This document shows, piece by piece, positions 1-8,609 of a stretch of DNA of 35,753 bases (position 1 is the stretch's first letter; each line of letters starts with the position of its first letter). The notes under the pieces are model-generated. The model did no database searches, was not told the DNA's origin, and worked only from the letters and a program-made list of their open reading frames with translations. The position numbers and the translations under genes are program-made. The DNA is from Planctomycetota bacterium (GTDB taxonomy: Bacteria; Planctomycetota; Planctomycetia; Pirellulales; UBA1268). The stretch lies in the NCBI GenBank assembly GCA_016872955.1, contig VGYP01000002.1:1-35753 (forward strand), in the 5' to 3' direction.

Positions 1-1038
1 GGCCGGACTCAGGTATTCGTGCATGCGGATCGTGAAGTTGCCCGCGCCGACGCCGAGCAGCAGGTGGTCGGCGATCATGTGGGATGCGATGTCCCAGACC
101 ATGGTCCGCCCGCCGTCGCTCGGGCCGGCCTGCTGGTGGGGCCGCGAGACGAACAGCCTTCGAATCATCCGCCCGGCCTCCATGTCACCGGCCGTAAGCC
201 AGCCGCCGGCCAACACGGTGATCAGGCCGCCGATCAGCCCCACGCCGATGCAAAGCTGCAGGCACCGCGACGGCCGCACCTGCCGCGTGTGCCAGAGCAG
301 CGTGACGCCGCAGAGCATCGTCGCCACGACCAGGGCGAGCCAGGCCGCCCGCGACTGCAGCACCACCACGATCGCCAGTGCCGCGACAGCACCCAGGCCA
401 GCCGCCGCCCGCCAGGGGCCGCGGAGGTCGGCCGCGGCGCATACGCACCACGGCAGCAGCAGCAGCAGGTACCCGGCGAACAGATTCACGTTCGACATCA
501 TGCCGTCGAGAAAGGCCATCTCCATCGCGCGACGCGTCGGCAAGCCCGCGGCCGCGAGCGACCGCATCTCCCAGCCCGCGGCGGCCGCGGCCACGAGCGT
601 CGCCACGACCGCCGTCTGGAGCAGCCGCCGTCGCCAGGCCGGGTCCAGCGGCAAGACGAGTAGGCAGACGCAGAGGACCAGGAACGAGCCGAGCGTGCGA
701 AACACGTCGGTCAGCCCCGCCGACACGTTGAGGGCGACGACGAGGGACAGCGACGTGGCGACGAGAAACGCAGCCGCCGCGACCACGATCGGATCGCCGA
801 GCGGCCGCCAGTCGAGCCGCCGGGCGATCGGCGGGACCAGGGCGACCAGTGGCACCGCCACCACAAGACCTGCCAGGAGGGCCACCAGACGCGGCATCTG
901 AGAGACGTCGTGGACGCTTCTGTCGACGACCACGTTGAGGGCCACGAGTAACCCCGCGAGCACGAGCGTCGCCATGGCCGCGCCGCTGCCCCCGACGGCC
1001 GACGGTCGCGGAGAGGGCGGTGGATCGCGATCGCTCAT
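1..1038 (-). CDS. O-antigen ligase / Wzy_C-family polytopic membrane protein (C-terminus runs off the window start)
   Basis: Absent from the ORF track because it has no stop inside the window. My reverse-strand translation from ATG 1038-1036 reads MSDRDPPPSPRPSAVGGSGAAMATLVLAGLLVALNVV... and stays open to position 1 (346 codons). It has many hydrophobic segments, plus LQSRAAWLALVV and a late LLLGVGAGNF motif typical of Wzy_C/WaaL proteins. The start overlaps the upstream stop (TGATG). Confidence 0.7.
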   Translation of the reverse strand, partial: MSDRDPPPSPRPSAVGGSGAAMATLVLAGLLVALNVVVDRSVHDVSQMPRLVALLAGLVVAVPLVALVPPIARRLDWRPLGDPIVVAAAAFLVATSLSLVVALNVSAGLTDVFRTLGSFLVLCVCLLVLPLDPAWRRRLLQTAVVATLVAAAAAGWEMRSLAAAGLPTRRAMEMAFLDGMMSNVNLFAGYLLLLLPWCVCAAADLRGPWRAAAGLGAVAALAIVVVLQSRAAWLALVVATMLCGVTLLWHTRQVRPSRCLQLCIGVGLIGGLITVLAGGWLTAGDMEAGRMIRRLFVSRPHQQAGPSDGGRTMVWDIASHMIADHLLLGVGAGNFTIRMHEYLSPA

Positions 1039-1952
1039 CACTCGTCCTGCAGCTGCTCCGACCGCTCAGCGGGCGTTGCGGCCTCGTCCTCGAGTGTACC
1101 AACGCCGGGCGTGAACGGACGTGGCCTGAAGCCGAGATCCGCGGTAGCCACCGCATGATCACAGGAGAGGTCCTCGTTCATCCGGCGGCCCATGCCGGCC
1201 AGCGGCGCCGCCGTGATCCACGTCCAGCGGGCGAGCGAGGCGCACGTGTTCCAAAGCCACGGCGGCAGGCTCACCGTGCGGGCCGGAAGGCCGTGGGCCC
1301 GACAGGTCCGCTCGACGAGGTCGCGGAACGTCAGCGTCTCCGCCCCCGCGATTGCATAACATCGTCTCGGTGGATCGTGGTCGATGGCCGCCAGGCATGC
1401 CGCTGCTACGTCGCCGGCGTGGACGGGCTGCCGCAGTCCGGTCGCGGCGCCGCAGAGCGGAAACCATCCCATCCGTCGCACCACGGCGGCCACGGTGGCT
1501 ACCGTGCGGTCGTGCCGTCCGTCGTAGATCATCGTGGGCCGCAGGATCGTCAGCAGCACGCCGTGGGCGGCGGCCCAGGCGGCGGCCCTGCGCTCGGTGG
1601 CGGCGAGCCGGTCGGCGAGCCACCGTTCGGCGGCGTCGGGCGAGTCGGCCTTGGTGTCGATGCTCGTCGACGACAACGCGACGAGCCGCCGGATGCCGAC
1701 TTGTTCGAGCCATGCGATGTGCTCCGGCAGCACCCACAGGGGGCAGAGGCTGACCCAATCGGTCACGGCCGGCGCGTCGGCGGGCCGAGGGTCACCCGGG
1801 CGGCACCATGTGACGCCCGCACGGCGGTCCTGGACCTCGGCGGCCCGCGAGACGGCCAGCACGCCGCCGGGGCGGCGGGCCACGTGCGGCACGAGGGCGC
1901 GGCCCACCAGGCTCCTGGCACCCAGCACGCCGACGCGGGGGAAGTTGCTCAT
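1038..1952 (-). CDS. NAD(P)-binding Rossmann protein, atypical SDR / epimerase-dehydratase-like
   Basis: The track ORF 1038..2243 has an Arg/Gly-rich, implausible N-terminal 97 aa. The internal ATG at 1952 gives MSNFPRVGVLGARSLVGRALV (a GxxGxxG-like dinucleotide fold). I see no YxxxK catalytic motif. Confidence 0.7.
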   Translation of the reverse strand: MSNFPRVGVLGARSLVGRALVPHVARRPGGVLAVSRAAEVQDRRAGVTWCRPGDPRPADAPAVTDWVSLCPLWVLPEHIAWLEQVGIRRLVALSSTSIDTKADSPDAAERWLADRLAATERRAAAWAAAHGVLLTILRPTMIYDGRHDRTVATVAAVVRRMGWFPLCGAATGLRQPVHAGDVAAACLAAIDHDPPRRCYAIAGAETLTFRDLVERTCRAHGLPARTVSLPPWLWNTCASLARWTWITAAPLAGMGRRMNEDLSCDHAVATADLGFRPRPFTPGVGTLEDEAATPAERSEQLQDE

Positions 1953-1972
1953 GGCCGCGGCGGCGGAGCCGG

Positions 1973-3028
1973 TCAGGAAGGGATCGTGGCGGACGGCGCG
2001 GCCGGCGGCGGGAAGACGACCGCGGCGGCGTGCCAGGGGCGGGGCGGTGGCGGGTTCGCCGCCGTCGCGGCCAGCGTGCGGACGGCCTGTCGGCCTGCCA
2101 CGGCCGCAAACCGCAGCCACACTCCGGCCACGACCAGACTGAAGAGCCCCGCCGGGTGAGAGCGACGGAAGTGCTTGCGATAGAAGCGGATCATGCCCCG
2201 ATGTTTGTGCCATTCGACCATCAGCGGCCGCGACCGGCTGCACATGCCGCGATGGTGCACCGCCGCGGCATCGGGCACGAACAGGATGCGCCAGCCGGCC
2301 CCGCGAAATCGCAGGCAGAGGTCGAGATCCTCACAGTGCAGAAAGAAGCCCTCGTCCCAGGGCCCCACCTCGGCGAACGCCCGTCGGCTGACCATCGTCA
2401 GCGCCCCCGAGACGGCTTCCACCTCGATCGGAGCGGAGGGCAGTGGCTCGCGGTGGAGGCAGAAGTCGGACAGCAGTCGTGGCGCGAGCCAGGCGAGGCG
2501 GCCGAGACCGAACCCGCGCACGAACGCCCGCCAGGGGGTCGGCACGCTCCGCCGGGCCCCTCCCTGTTCCCTGCCGCCGGCGTCGGTCAGGAGCCCGCCC
2601 ACCATGCCGACGCGATCGCCGGTCACCATCACCCGATAGAGCGTGGCCAACGAGCCGGCACCGAGAATGCAGTCGGGATTGAGGAACAGCAGCGTCGGCT
2701 CCTCCGCCAGCGCGGCTCCGCGATTGCAGCCGGCGGCGAAGCCCGTGTTGACCCGTGACCGGACGATCCTGAGCCGCGGGTGGGCGGCGAAGTGACTCGC
2801 CACGGCCTCGAAGGGCCCGATCCGCGAGGCGTTGTCGACGAGGATCACCTGCCGTGCTTGAGCGAGCGCGGCCTTGAGGCAGTCGGCGAGCAGGTGCCCG
2901 GCGTCGTGGTTGACGATCACGATGCTCGCCGGCACGAGTTCCGCCGGCCCGCCCGCGTCGCCGCGGGGCGGGGGCGTCACCGGCCCCGTCGGCATGGGCC
3001 GAGATCCATCGCCATCAAGATCCGCCAT
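1973..3028 (-). CDS. Family 2 glycosyltransferase (WbbL/rhamnosyltransferase-like)
   Basis: Motifs: SIVIVNHDAGHLL...VILVDNAS, VNTGFAAGCNRG, FLNPDC, HCEDLDLCLRFRGAGW. The start is uncertain (ATG at 3103, 3028 or 2995) and overlaps the 3' end of the upstream GT2 gene. Confidence 0.8.
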   Translation of the reverse strand: MADLDGDGSRPMPTGPVTPPPRGDAGGPAELVPASIVIVNHDAGHLLADCLKAALAQARQVILVDNASRIGPFEAVASHFAAHPRLRIVRSRVNTGFAAGCNRGAALAEEPTLLFLNPDCILGAGSLATLYRVMVTGDRVGMVGGLLTDAGGREQGGARRSVPTPWRAFVRGFGLGRLAWLAPRLLSDFCLHREPLPSAPIEVEAVSGALTMVSRRAFAEVGPWDEGFFLHCEDLDLCLRFRGAGWRILFVPDAAAVHHRGMCSRSRPLMVEWHKHRGMIRFYRKHFRRSHPAGLFSLVVAGVWLRFAAVAGRQAVRTLAATAANPPPPRPWHAAAVVFPPPAAPSATIPS

Positions 3029-3978
3029 GGGGAAATCCTGCGACCGGACTGTACCACCCGCCGCTTCCGCCAGCACCTGCCGAGCCCCGCCAAAGCATCC
3101 CACTTGGCACGGGCGAAGGCGCGTCCCCGGCCCCGGCAGCCGAGGATCATCCCCGTAACCATAGATTGCAGGAAATGGCCGAGCAAAGCCGGCCCGAGCA
3201 GCCAGCCGGGGGTGTTTTTCACGAGGGTCCAGACGAGGTTGCGGTGTCCGAGGTAGGTGGACACCTGCCCGTCGGAACTGGCCCCCGCCACGTGCTCCAC
3301 GACCGCCTCCGGCACGTACCGGGCATGGCCGCCGGCCAGCCGTAGCCGGAAGCCCAGGTCGACGTCCTCACCGAAACAAAAGTAGTCGTCGTCGAAACCA
3401 CCGGCCTCGAGCAGGGCCGCCCGCCGGTAGAGCGCCGCCGCCGCGCAGGGGGAAAAGATCTCGCGGGGCTCGAGATCGGCCTGGCCCAGCGGCCGGCCAT
3501 GCCCCTGCCGCCACGCCAGGCCGCTCACGTGCCAGCGATCACCGATGCCGTCGAGCACCCCCTCCCGTCCCGCCAGCATCTGCCGTGAGCCGAAGGCGGT
3601 GGTCCGGGGATGCCGAGCCGCCGCGGCCACCATTGCCGCGAGCCAGCCGGGGGCCGCGAAGGCGTCGGGGTTGAGCAGGGCCACGAACTCGCCCGTCGCG
3701 GCCGCGATGCCCCGATTCGACGCCGCGGCGAAGCCGAGGTTCGCGCCGGTCTCGTCGATCGTGGTGCGGTCGGCGAGCGTCGGGCGTTCGGCGACCAGTC
3801 GGCGGCAGGCGGCGAGCGACCCGTCGATGCTGGCGTTGTCGACGACCACGATCCGCTCGGGCAGGACCGTCTGGTCGGCCAGGCACTCCAGGCACCGCCG
3901 CAGATGCTCGCCGGCGTTGAAGTTGACGATCACGACGGTGGCAGGGACCGTCCGGCCGGTCGACGACGCCTGGCTCAT
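2977..3978 (-). CDS. Family 2 glycosyltransferase (WbbL/rhamnosyltransferase-like)
   Basis: Motifs: TVVIVNFNAGEHL...IVVVDNASIDGS, ANLGFAAASNRG, LLNPDA, FGEDVDLGFRLRLAGG. ATG at 3978. Confidence 0.85.
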   Translation of the reverse strand: MSQASSTGRTVPATVVIVNFNAGEHLRRCLECLADQTVLPERIVVVDNASIDGSLAACRRLVAERPTLADRTTIDETGANLGFAAASNRGIAAATGEFVALLNPDAFAAPGWLAAMVAAAARHPRTTAFGSRQMLAGREGVLDGIGDRWHVSGLAWRQGHGRPLGQADLEPREIFSPCAAAALYRRAALLEAGGFDDDYFCFGEDVDLGFRLRLAGGHARYVPEAVVEHVAGASSDGQVSTYLGHRNLVWTLVKNTPGWLLGPALLGHFLQSMVTGMILGCRGRGRAFARAKWDALAGLGRCWRKRRVVQSGRRISPWRILMAMDLGPCRRGR

Positions 3979-4097
3979 GGATGCGGCCCCCCCCTCACTT
4001 GACGGTCCCGCAGGGCCGACCTAGGGTCGGGCGGGAGTCTGCACCACGGGCGGTCGCGGGTATCCTCCCGATCGCATCCACTCGGAGCCGGATTACC

Positions 4098-4958
4098 GTG
4101 GCAGCGCCCGCCGAGACGCCGGCCCCACCCGTTGTCCGGCGGCTGCCGTCGGAGACGCGGCTCGGCGGCACGGGGCCCGCGGACTCGGCGTGGGCCGACT
4201 GGTGGGCTGGTATGCGACGGCTCGATCTCTGGAGCACGCTGGCCTGGTACGACATCGTGCTCCGCTACCGGCGGTCGCTGCTGGGGCCGATCTGGATCAC
4301 GCTCAGCATGGGCGCGATGCTGCTGGGCATGGGACCGCTCTACGCCGCACTGTTCAATGTGCCGCTGGCCCGCTTCTATCCTCACCTCGCACTGGGGATC
4401 ATCTTCTGGAACTTCTTTAGCACGACCATCAACGATGGTTGTCAGGTGTTCATTACGGCGGCCCCGTACCTGAAACAGGGGCCCGTGCCGCGGAGCGTCT
4501 TCGTCTGGCGGAGCCTGGCCCGGCATCTGTTCTTCCTCGCCCATCACCTGATCCTCTACCTGCCTGTCGCCATCTGGGCCGGGCTGCAGTGGAACCCGCG
4601 GATGCTGCTGTTCCTGCCGGGCGTGGTCGTGGTGGTCGTGAACCTGCACGCCCTGTCGATCACACTGGGCATGCTCTCGGCCCGCTTTCGCGACGTACCC
4701 AACATCGTGGCCGCCTCGCTGCAGCTGCTGATGTTCCTGACGCCGGTGTTCTGGTTTCCCGAGAAGCTGCCCGACCGGTCGCGATTCATCCTCTACAACC
4801 CTCTGGCGCAACTGCTCGACATCCTGCGACTGCCGCTGTTGGGAAGCCTCCCGGCCCCGGGCACGATGTGGTTCCTCGTCTATTTTACGACACTCAACGT
4901 GGCGATCGCGGCCTTTCTCTATGCCGCCTGCCGGCGGCGGGTCGTCTACTGGGTGTGA
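4098..4958 (+). CDS. wzm: ABC-2 type polysaccharide export permease (Wzm/KpsM/TagG family)
   Basis: DIVLRYRRSLLGPIWITL signature followed by about 6 hydrophobic helices. The track ORF starts at 3981. GC3 rises to about 87% from roughly 4098 (GTG, GGAG 10 nt upstream), and ATG 4212 is an alternative start. Confidence 0.85.
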   Translation: MAAPAETPAPPVVRRLPSETRLGGTGPADSAWADWWAGMRRLDLWSTLAWYDIVLRYRRSLLGPIWITLSMGAMLLGMGPLYAALFNVPLARFYPHLALGIIFWNFFSTTINDGCQVFITAAPYLKQGPVPRSVFVWRSLARHLFFLAHHLILYLPVAIWAGLQWNPRMLLFLPGVVVVVVNLHALSITLGMLSARFRDVPNIVAASLQLLMFLTPVFWFPEKLPDRSRFILYNPLAQLLDILRLPLLGSLPAPGTMWFLVYFTTLNVAIAAFLYAACRRRVVYWV

Positions 4959-4964
4959 CCTCCC

Positions 4965-5693
4965 ATGGCCATGCTCGCGCTCCAGGACGTGTCGGTGGAG
5001 TACCCAATCTTCGGGGCCGACGGAGAGTCGCTCAAGAAGACGCTGACCGCGGCCGCCACCGGCGGCCGCATCGGCCGCGGAACCGGCATCGCGGTCGTGC
5101 AGGCGCTGCGGGGCGTCTCGTTCGAGCTGCGGGACGGCGACCGGCTGGGCCTCGTCGGGCATAACGGCGCGGGCAAGTCGACGCTCCTGCAGACCCTGGC
5201 GGGCGTCTATGTGCCGACCGGCGGCCGTTGCTGCCGTGAGGGCTCGATCACGAGCCTCGTCAACCCGATGCTCGGCATCGAGCGGGAAGCGACCGGGTAC
5301 GAGAACATCGTGATCCGGGGACTGCTGCTCGGACTCGACCGGCCGACGATCCGGCGACTCACGCCGGAGATCGCCGACTTCAGCGGGCTGGGCGATTACC
5401 TGCACATGCCGGTGCACACCTATTCCACCGGCATGATGATGCGGCTGGCCTTCGCGATCACGACGAGCGCGCAGGCCGACATCCTCTTGATGGACGAGTG
5501 GCTGTCGGTCGGGGACGCGGAGTTCCGACAGGTGGCCGAGGAGCGGATCCGGTCACTGGTGGCTCGCAGCGGCATCCTCGTGATCGCCTCCCACTCGGCC
5601 GAACTGATCGCCCGGGAGTGCAACCGTGTGATCGAGCTGTCGCACGGGGTCGTGGTCCGGGACGAACGGCTCCCGGCCGGCAGCGGCTCGTGA
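4965..5693 (+). CDS. wzt: Polysaccharide export ABC transporter ATP-binding protein (Wzt/KpsT/TagH family), short form
   Basis: Walker A GHNGAGKST, signature-like YSTGMMMRLAFA, Walker B ILLMDEWLSVGD. It starts 7 nt after the wzm stop. At 242 aa it has no room for a C-terminal carbohydrate-binding module. Confidence 0.9.
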   Translation: MAMLALQDVSVEYPIFGADGESLKKTLTAAATGGRIGRGTGIAVVQALRGVSFELRDGDRLGLVGHNGAGKSTLLQTLAGVYVPTGGRCCREGSITSLVNPMLGIEREATGYENIVIRGLLLGLDRPTIRRLTPEIADFSGLGDYLHMPVHTYSTGMMMRLAFAITTSAQADILLMDEWLSVGDAEFRQVAEERIRSLVARSGILVIASHSAELIARECNRVIELSHGVVVRDERLPAGSGS

Positions 5694-5825
5694 GCCCGCC
5701 CCACGGCCCGGCCCGCCTGGTCGCCGCCGTCTCCGGCCTCGACCGCCCTTGACTCATCGGGCGGCGTTCCGTATCCCTCCCGCCCTCCGCTCGGATCGAC
5801 GGGCTTCGGTCGCTGGTCGCCGGGC

Positions 5826-7727
5826 ATGCACCGCGAGGACGAGGAGCGCGCGATGTCGCCGCCGAAGGCCGTGCTGCGGCCGTATTTCGACCGGGTGTGG
5901 TATGCGGCCACCTACGGCGGCCGGCGGAGGGTCCGCTGGCGGCCCTGGCGGTACTACCGCGCCCGCGGGCGCCACAAGGCCCACTCGCCCCGGGCGATCT
6001 TCGACGCGGCCTGGTATCTCGCCCGTCACGCCGACGTGCGGGACGCGGGCCTCGATCCGCTCGCGCACTACGTCGCCCACGGCTGGCGGGAGGGCCGTCC
6101 GCCACACCCGCTGTTCGACCCGTCGTGGTATCGGCAGCGCTACACCGAAGTGAAGGCCACCGATGCCGAACCCCTGCTGCACTACCTGACGGAGGGCTGG
6201 CGAAAGGGATACAACCCGCACCCGGCCTTTGACGCGGCGGGCTACCTCGCCCGCAACCCGGACGTGGCGTCGGCCGGACTCGAACCCCTCGCCCACTACC
6301 TCGATCACGGCTGGCGGGAGGGCAGGAATCCGCATCCGTTGTTCGACCTCCACTGGTATCTGGAGCACAATCCCGACGTCGCCCTGGCCGACGTCGAGCC
6401 GCTGGGGCATTTCGTGTCGATCGGCTGGCGGGAACGCAGACGGCTCTCGCCACGGTTCTCGTCGGAGGCCTATGCGACGGCCCGCGGGCCGGCGCCGCAG
6501 ACCGATCCCTTCGTCCACTTCCTGGTCCACGAATACGAGCCGGTCGCCGCCGATGCCAGCAGGCGAGCGGCGGCCGTTGCCCGCTACGCCCCCCGGCTCT
6601 CACCCACGACCGCCGCTGCGTCCGCCGGCGACGAGCCCGCCGCGGGCAATGACGTGCGGGCGATCGCCATGTACCTGCCCCAGTTTCACCGCGTGCCCGA
6701 GAACGACGCCTGGTGGGGCGATGGATTCACCGAATGGACGTTCGTCCGCCGCAGTCGACCGATGTTCGTCGGCCACGAGCAACCCCAGGTGCCCCACGCC
6801 GACGTCGGCTACTACGACCTCGATGATCCCGCCGTGCTGGAGCGACAAGCCGCCATGGCCCGTCGGCACGGGATCCACGGATTCTGCTTCTATCACTACT
6901 GGTTCTCCGGGCGGCGCATCCTGGAAAAACCGCTCCAGCGGCTGCTGGCCAGTGGCCGCCCCAACGTTCCCTTCTGCCTCTGTTGGGCCAACGAGAACTG
7001 GACGCGGACCTGGGATGGCCTCGACGGCGAGGTGCTGCTCGAGCAGCGGCATTCACCCGCGGACGACGAGCGGTTCCTCGTCGACCTGCTGCCGGTCCTC
7101 CGCGACCCGCGTTACATCACGGTCGAGGGTCGGCCGCTCGTGGCCGTCTACCGGCCTGGTCTGCTCGCCGATCCGGCGGCCAGCGCTCGGGCATGGCGGT
7201 GGATCGCCGACCGGGCGGGCCTGCCGGGACTCTATCTCGCGGCCGTCCACGCTTTCGACCAGACCGATCCGCGGACGTTGGGCTTCGATGCGGCGATCCA
7301 GGTTCCGCCGCTGCAACTGTCGGCCCGCCGCCTGTCACCTGCCGAGGCCGGCTCCTTCCGCGGGGGCGTGCTCGACTACCGCGATGCGGTGAGCCACGCC
7401 CTGTCGCAGCCGCTGCCCGACTACCCGCTGTTCCGTGGCGTGATGCCGGGCTGGGACAATACGCCACGGCGGATGGAGCAGGCCACGGTCTGGGCCGGCG
7501 CGACGCCGCGACTCTACGGCCGCTGGCTGCACGCCACCGTCGCACGGATGCGGCGGGAGCAGCCCCCCGAGCGGCGACTGGTGTTCATCAACGCCTGGAA
7601 CGAGTGGGGCGAGGGCGCCCACCTCGAACCGGACCAGCGGCATGGCTACCAGTTCCTGGAGGAGACGGCTGCCGCCCTCCAACCAGAGGTCGCGTCGACA
7701 CCCGCCTCCGCGGGTCGCGCGGCGTGA
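5826..7727 (+). CDS. WbsX / GH99-like domain protein with an N-terminal tandem-repeat region
   Basis: The C-terminal ~350 aa carry AMYLPQFHRVPENDAWWGDGFTEW, FCFYHYWF, CLCWANENWTRTWDG and INAWNEWGEGAHLEP, the Glyco_tran_WbsX / GH99-like signatures. The alternative start ATG 5853 is preceded by GAGGAG. Confidence 0.85.
   Translation: MHREDEERAMSPPKAVLRPYFDRVWYAATYGGRRRVRWRPWRYYRARGRHKAHSPRAIFDAAWYLARHADVRDAGLDPLAHYVAHGWREGRPPHPLFDPSWYRQRYTEVKATDAEPLLHYLTEGWRKGYNPHPAFDAAGYLARNPDVASAGLEPLAHYLDHGWREGRNPHPLFDLHWYLEHNPDVALADVEPLGHFVSIGWRERRRLSPRFSSEAYATARGPAPQTDPFVHFLVHEYEPVAADASRRAAAVARYAPRLSPTTAAASAGDEPAAGNDVRAIAMYLPQFHRVPENDAWWGDGFTEWTFVRRSRPMFVGHEQPQVPHADVGYYDLDDPAVLERQAAMARRHGIHGFCFYHYWFSGRRILEKPLQRLLASGRPNVPFCLCWANENWTRTWDGLDGEVLLEQRHSPADDERFLVDLLPVLRDPRYITVEGRPLVAVYRPGLLADPAASARAWRWIADRAGLPGLYLAAVHAFDQTDPRTLGFDAAIQVPPLQLSARRLSPAEAGSFRGGVLDYRDAVSHALSQPLPDYPLFRGVMPGWDNTPRRMEQATVWAGATPRLYGRWLHATVARMRREQPPERRLVFINAWNEWGEGAHLEPDQRHGYQFLEETAAALQPEVASTPASAGRAA
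5886..6545 (+). repeat. Six tandem 38-aa (114-nt) coding repeats, consensus FDxxWYLxxxPDVxxAGxxPLxHYxxxGWREGRxPHPL
   Basis: FD/FS anchors fall at aa 21, 59, 97, 135, 173 and 211 of the 633-aa ORF, an exact 38-residue period. The first and last units are degenerate. Confidence 0.85.
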
Positions 7728-7771
7728 GTCCGTGGCCCGCGTGACGACGCGCCAGGGTCGTGTGGCCCGTA

Positions 7772-7777
7772 TATAAT
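7772..7777 (+). promoter_or_regulatory. Candidate -10 element (TATAAT within TATATAAT) upstream of the methyltransferase gene
   Basis: A perfect TATAAT sits in an otherwise GC-rich 93-nt gap, 44 nt before ATG 7821. I saw no convincing -35 element. Confidence 0.3.
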
Positions 7778-7820
7778 CACGCCTTGGCTGAGTTCCCATC
7801 CCCCCGCGTCGACAGCCGTC

Positions 7821-8609
7821 ATGAGTCACGAAGCCAACACCCGGCAGATGCGGGTCTATCTCGCGGAGCACCGCACGGAGATTACCGAAATCGCCGCCCG
7901 ACTGGGCGTCCGAGCGGACGTCCATCCGGCCGACATGATCTTCCAGTTCGTCGCCAAGCACAACGGCTTCCCCGATGCCTACCAGGCAATCCAGTACTAC
8001 TTCACCGACGGCCGGATGTCGGCCGAACGGCTGCGGGAACTGCTGGCCCGCAACCTGCCCGACAAGTCGTCGGGCCGGCTCTTGGAGTTCGCCTCCGGCT
8101 ACGGCTGCGTCACCCGGCACCTGATCGCCCAGGGCCTGCCCGGCTGGGAGGTCACCTGTGCCGACATCCACGACGAGGCGGTGCTGTTTCTGCAGAAGCT
8201 CGGGGCCCGGGCGATGCCGTCGGCGAGCCGGCCCGAGGATCTCCGGCTCCAGCCCTTCGACGTCGTCTTCGCGCTGTCGTTCTTCTCGCACATGCCCGAT
8301 GAGTCGTTCTCGCGGTGGCTGCTGCGGCTCTATGAGGCGGTCCTGCCCGGCGGCCTGCTGGTGTTCACGACGCACGGCTACCAGAGCCTGCCGCATCTGG
8401 GTGATCCCGCCTTCAATCGCCAGGGCTGGTGGTTCCGCGCCGACAGCGAGCAGCTCGACCTGCGGGGCGAGGAGTACGGCTTGATGGCCGTCACACCGTC
8501 GTACGTCTGCGACCGGATCAGGGCCCTGCCGGGCCGGCTGCAGATCGCGGTCTTCAACGAGGGTCTGTGGTGGAACCACCAGGATCTGTGGGTGGTGCGG
8601 CGGGCGTGA
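7821..8609 (+). CDS. Class I SAM-dependent methyltransferase
   Basis: Motif I LLEFASGYGCVTRHL, then FDVVFALSFFSHMPDESF and LPGGLLVFTTHG. Confidence 0.85.
   Translation: MSHEANTRQMRVYLAEHRTEITEIAARLGVRADVHPADMIFQFVAKHNGFPDAYQAIQYYFTDGRMSAERLRELLARNLPDKSSGRLLEFASGYGCVTRHLIAQGLPGWEVTCADIHDEAVLFLQKLGARAMPSASRPEDLRLQPFDVVFALSFFSHMPDESFSRWLLRLYEAVLPGGLLVFTTHGYQSLPHLGDPAFNRQGWWFRADSEQLDLRGEEYGLMAVTPSYVCDRIRALPGRLQIAVFNEGLWWNHQDLWVVRRA

Noticed and set aside
185-1162. 325-aa minus-strand ORF and plus-strand ORFs 19..663 and 23..901
   Set aside because: All are Arg/Gly/Pro/Ala-rich. A different minus-strand frame, open to the window edge, encodes a coherent Wzy_C-like membrane protein.
3975-5417. 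480-aa minus-strand ORF antisense to wzm/wzt
   Set aside because: The composition is Arg/Asp/Pro/His/Gln-rich with no recognisable motifs. It lies fully opposite two genes with clear ABC-2 permease and Walker motifs, so it is a typical high-GC antisense open frame.
5458-6603. 381-aa and 258-aa (5754..6530) minus-strand ORFs opposite the repeat region of the WbsX gene
   Set aside because: They are extremely Arg/Pro/Gly/Ala/Ser-rich and low in complexity. The plus-strand frame carries the exact 38-aa periodic repeats and continues into a conserved WbsX domain.
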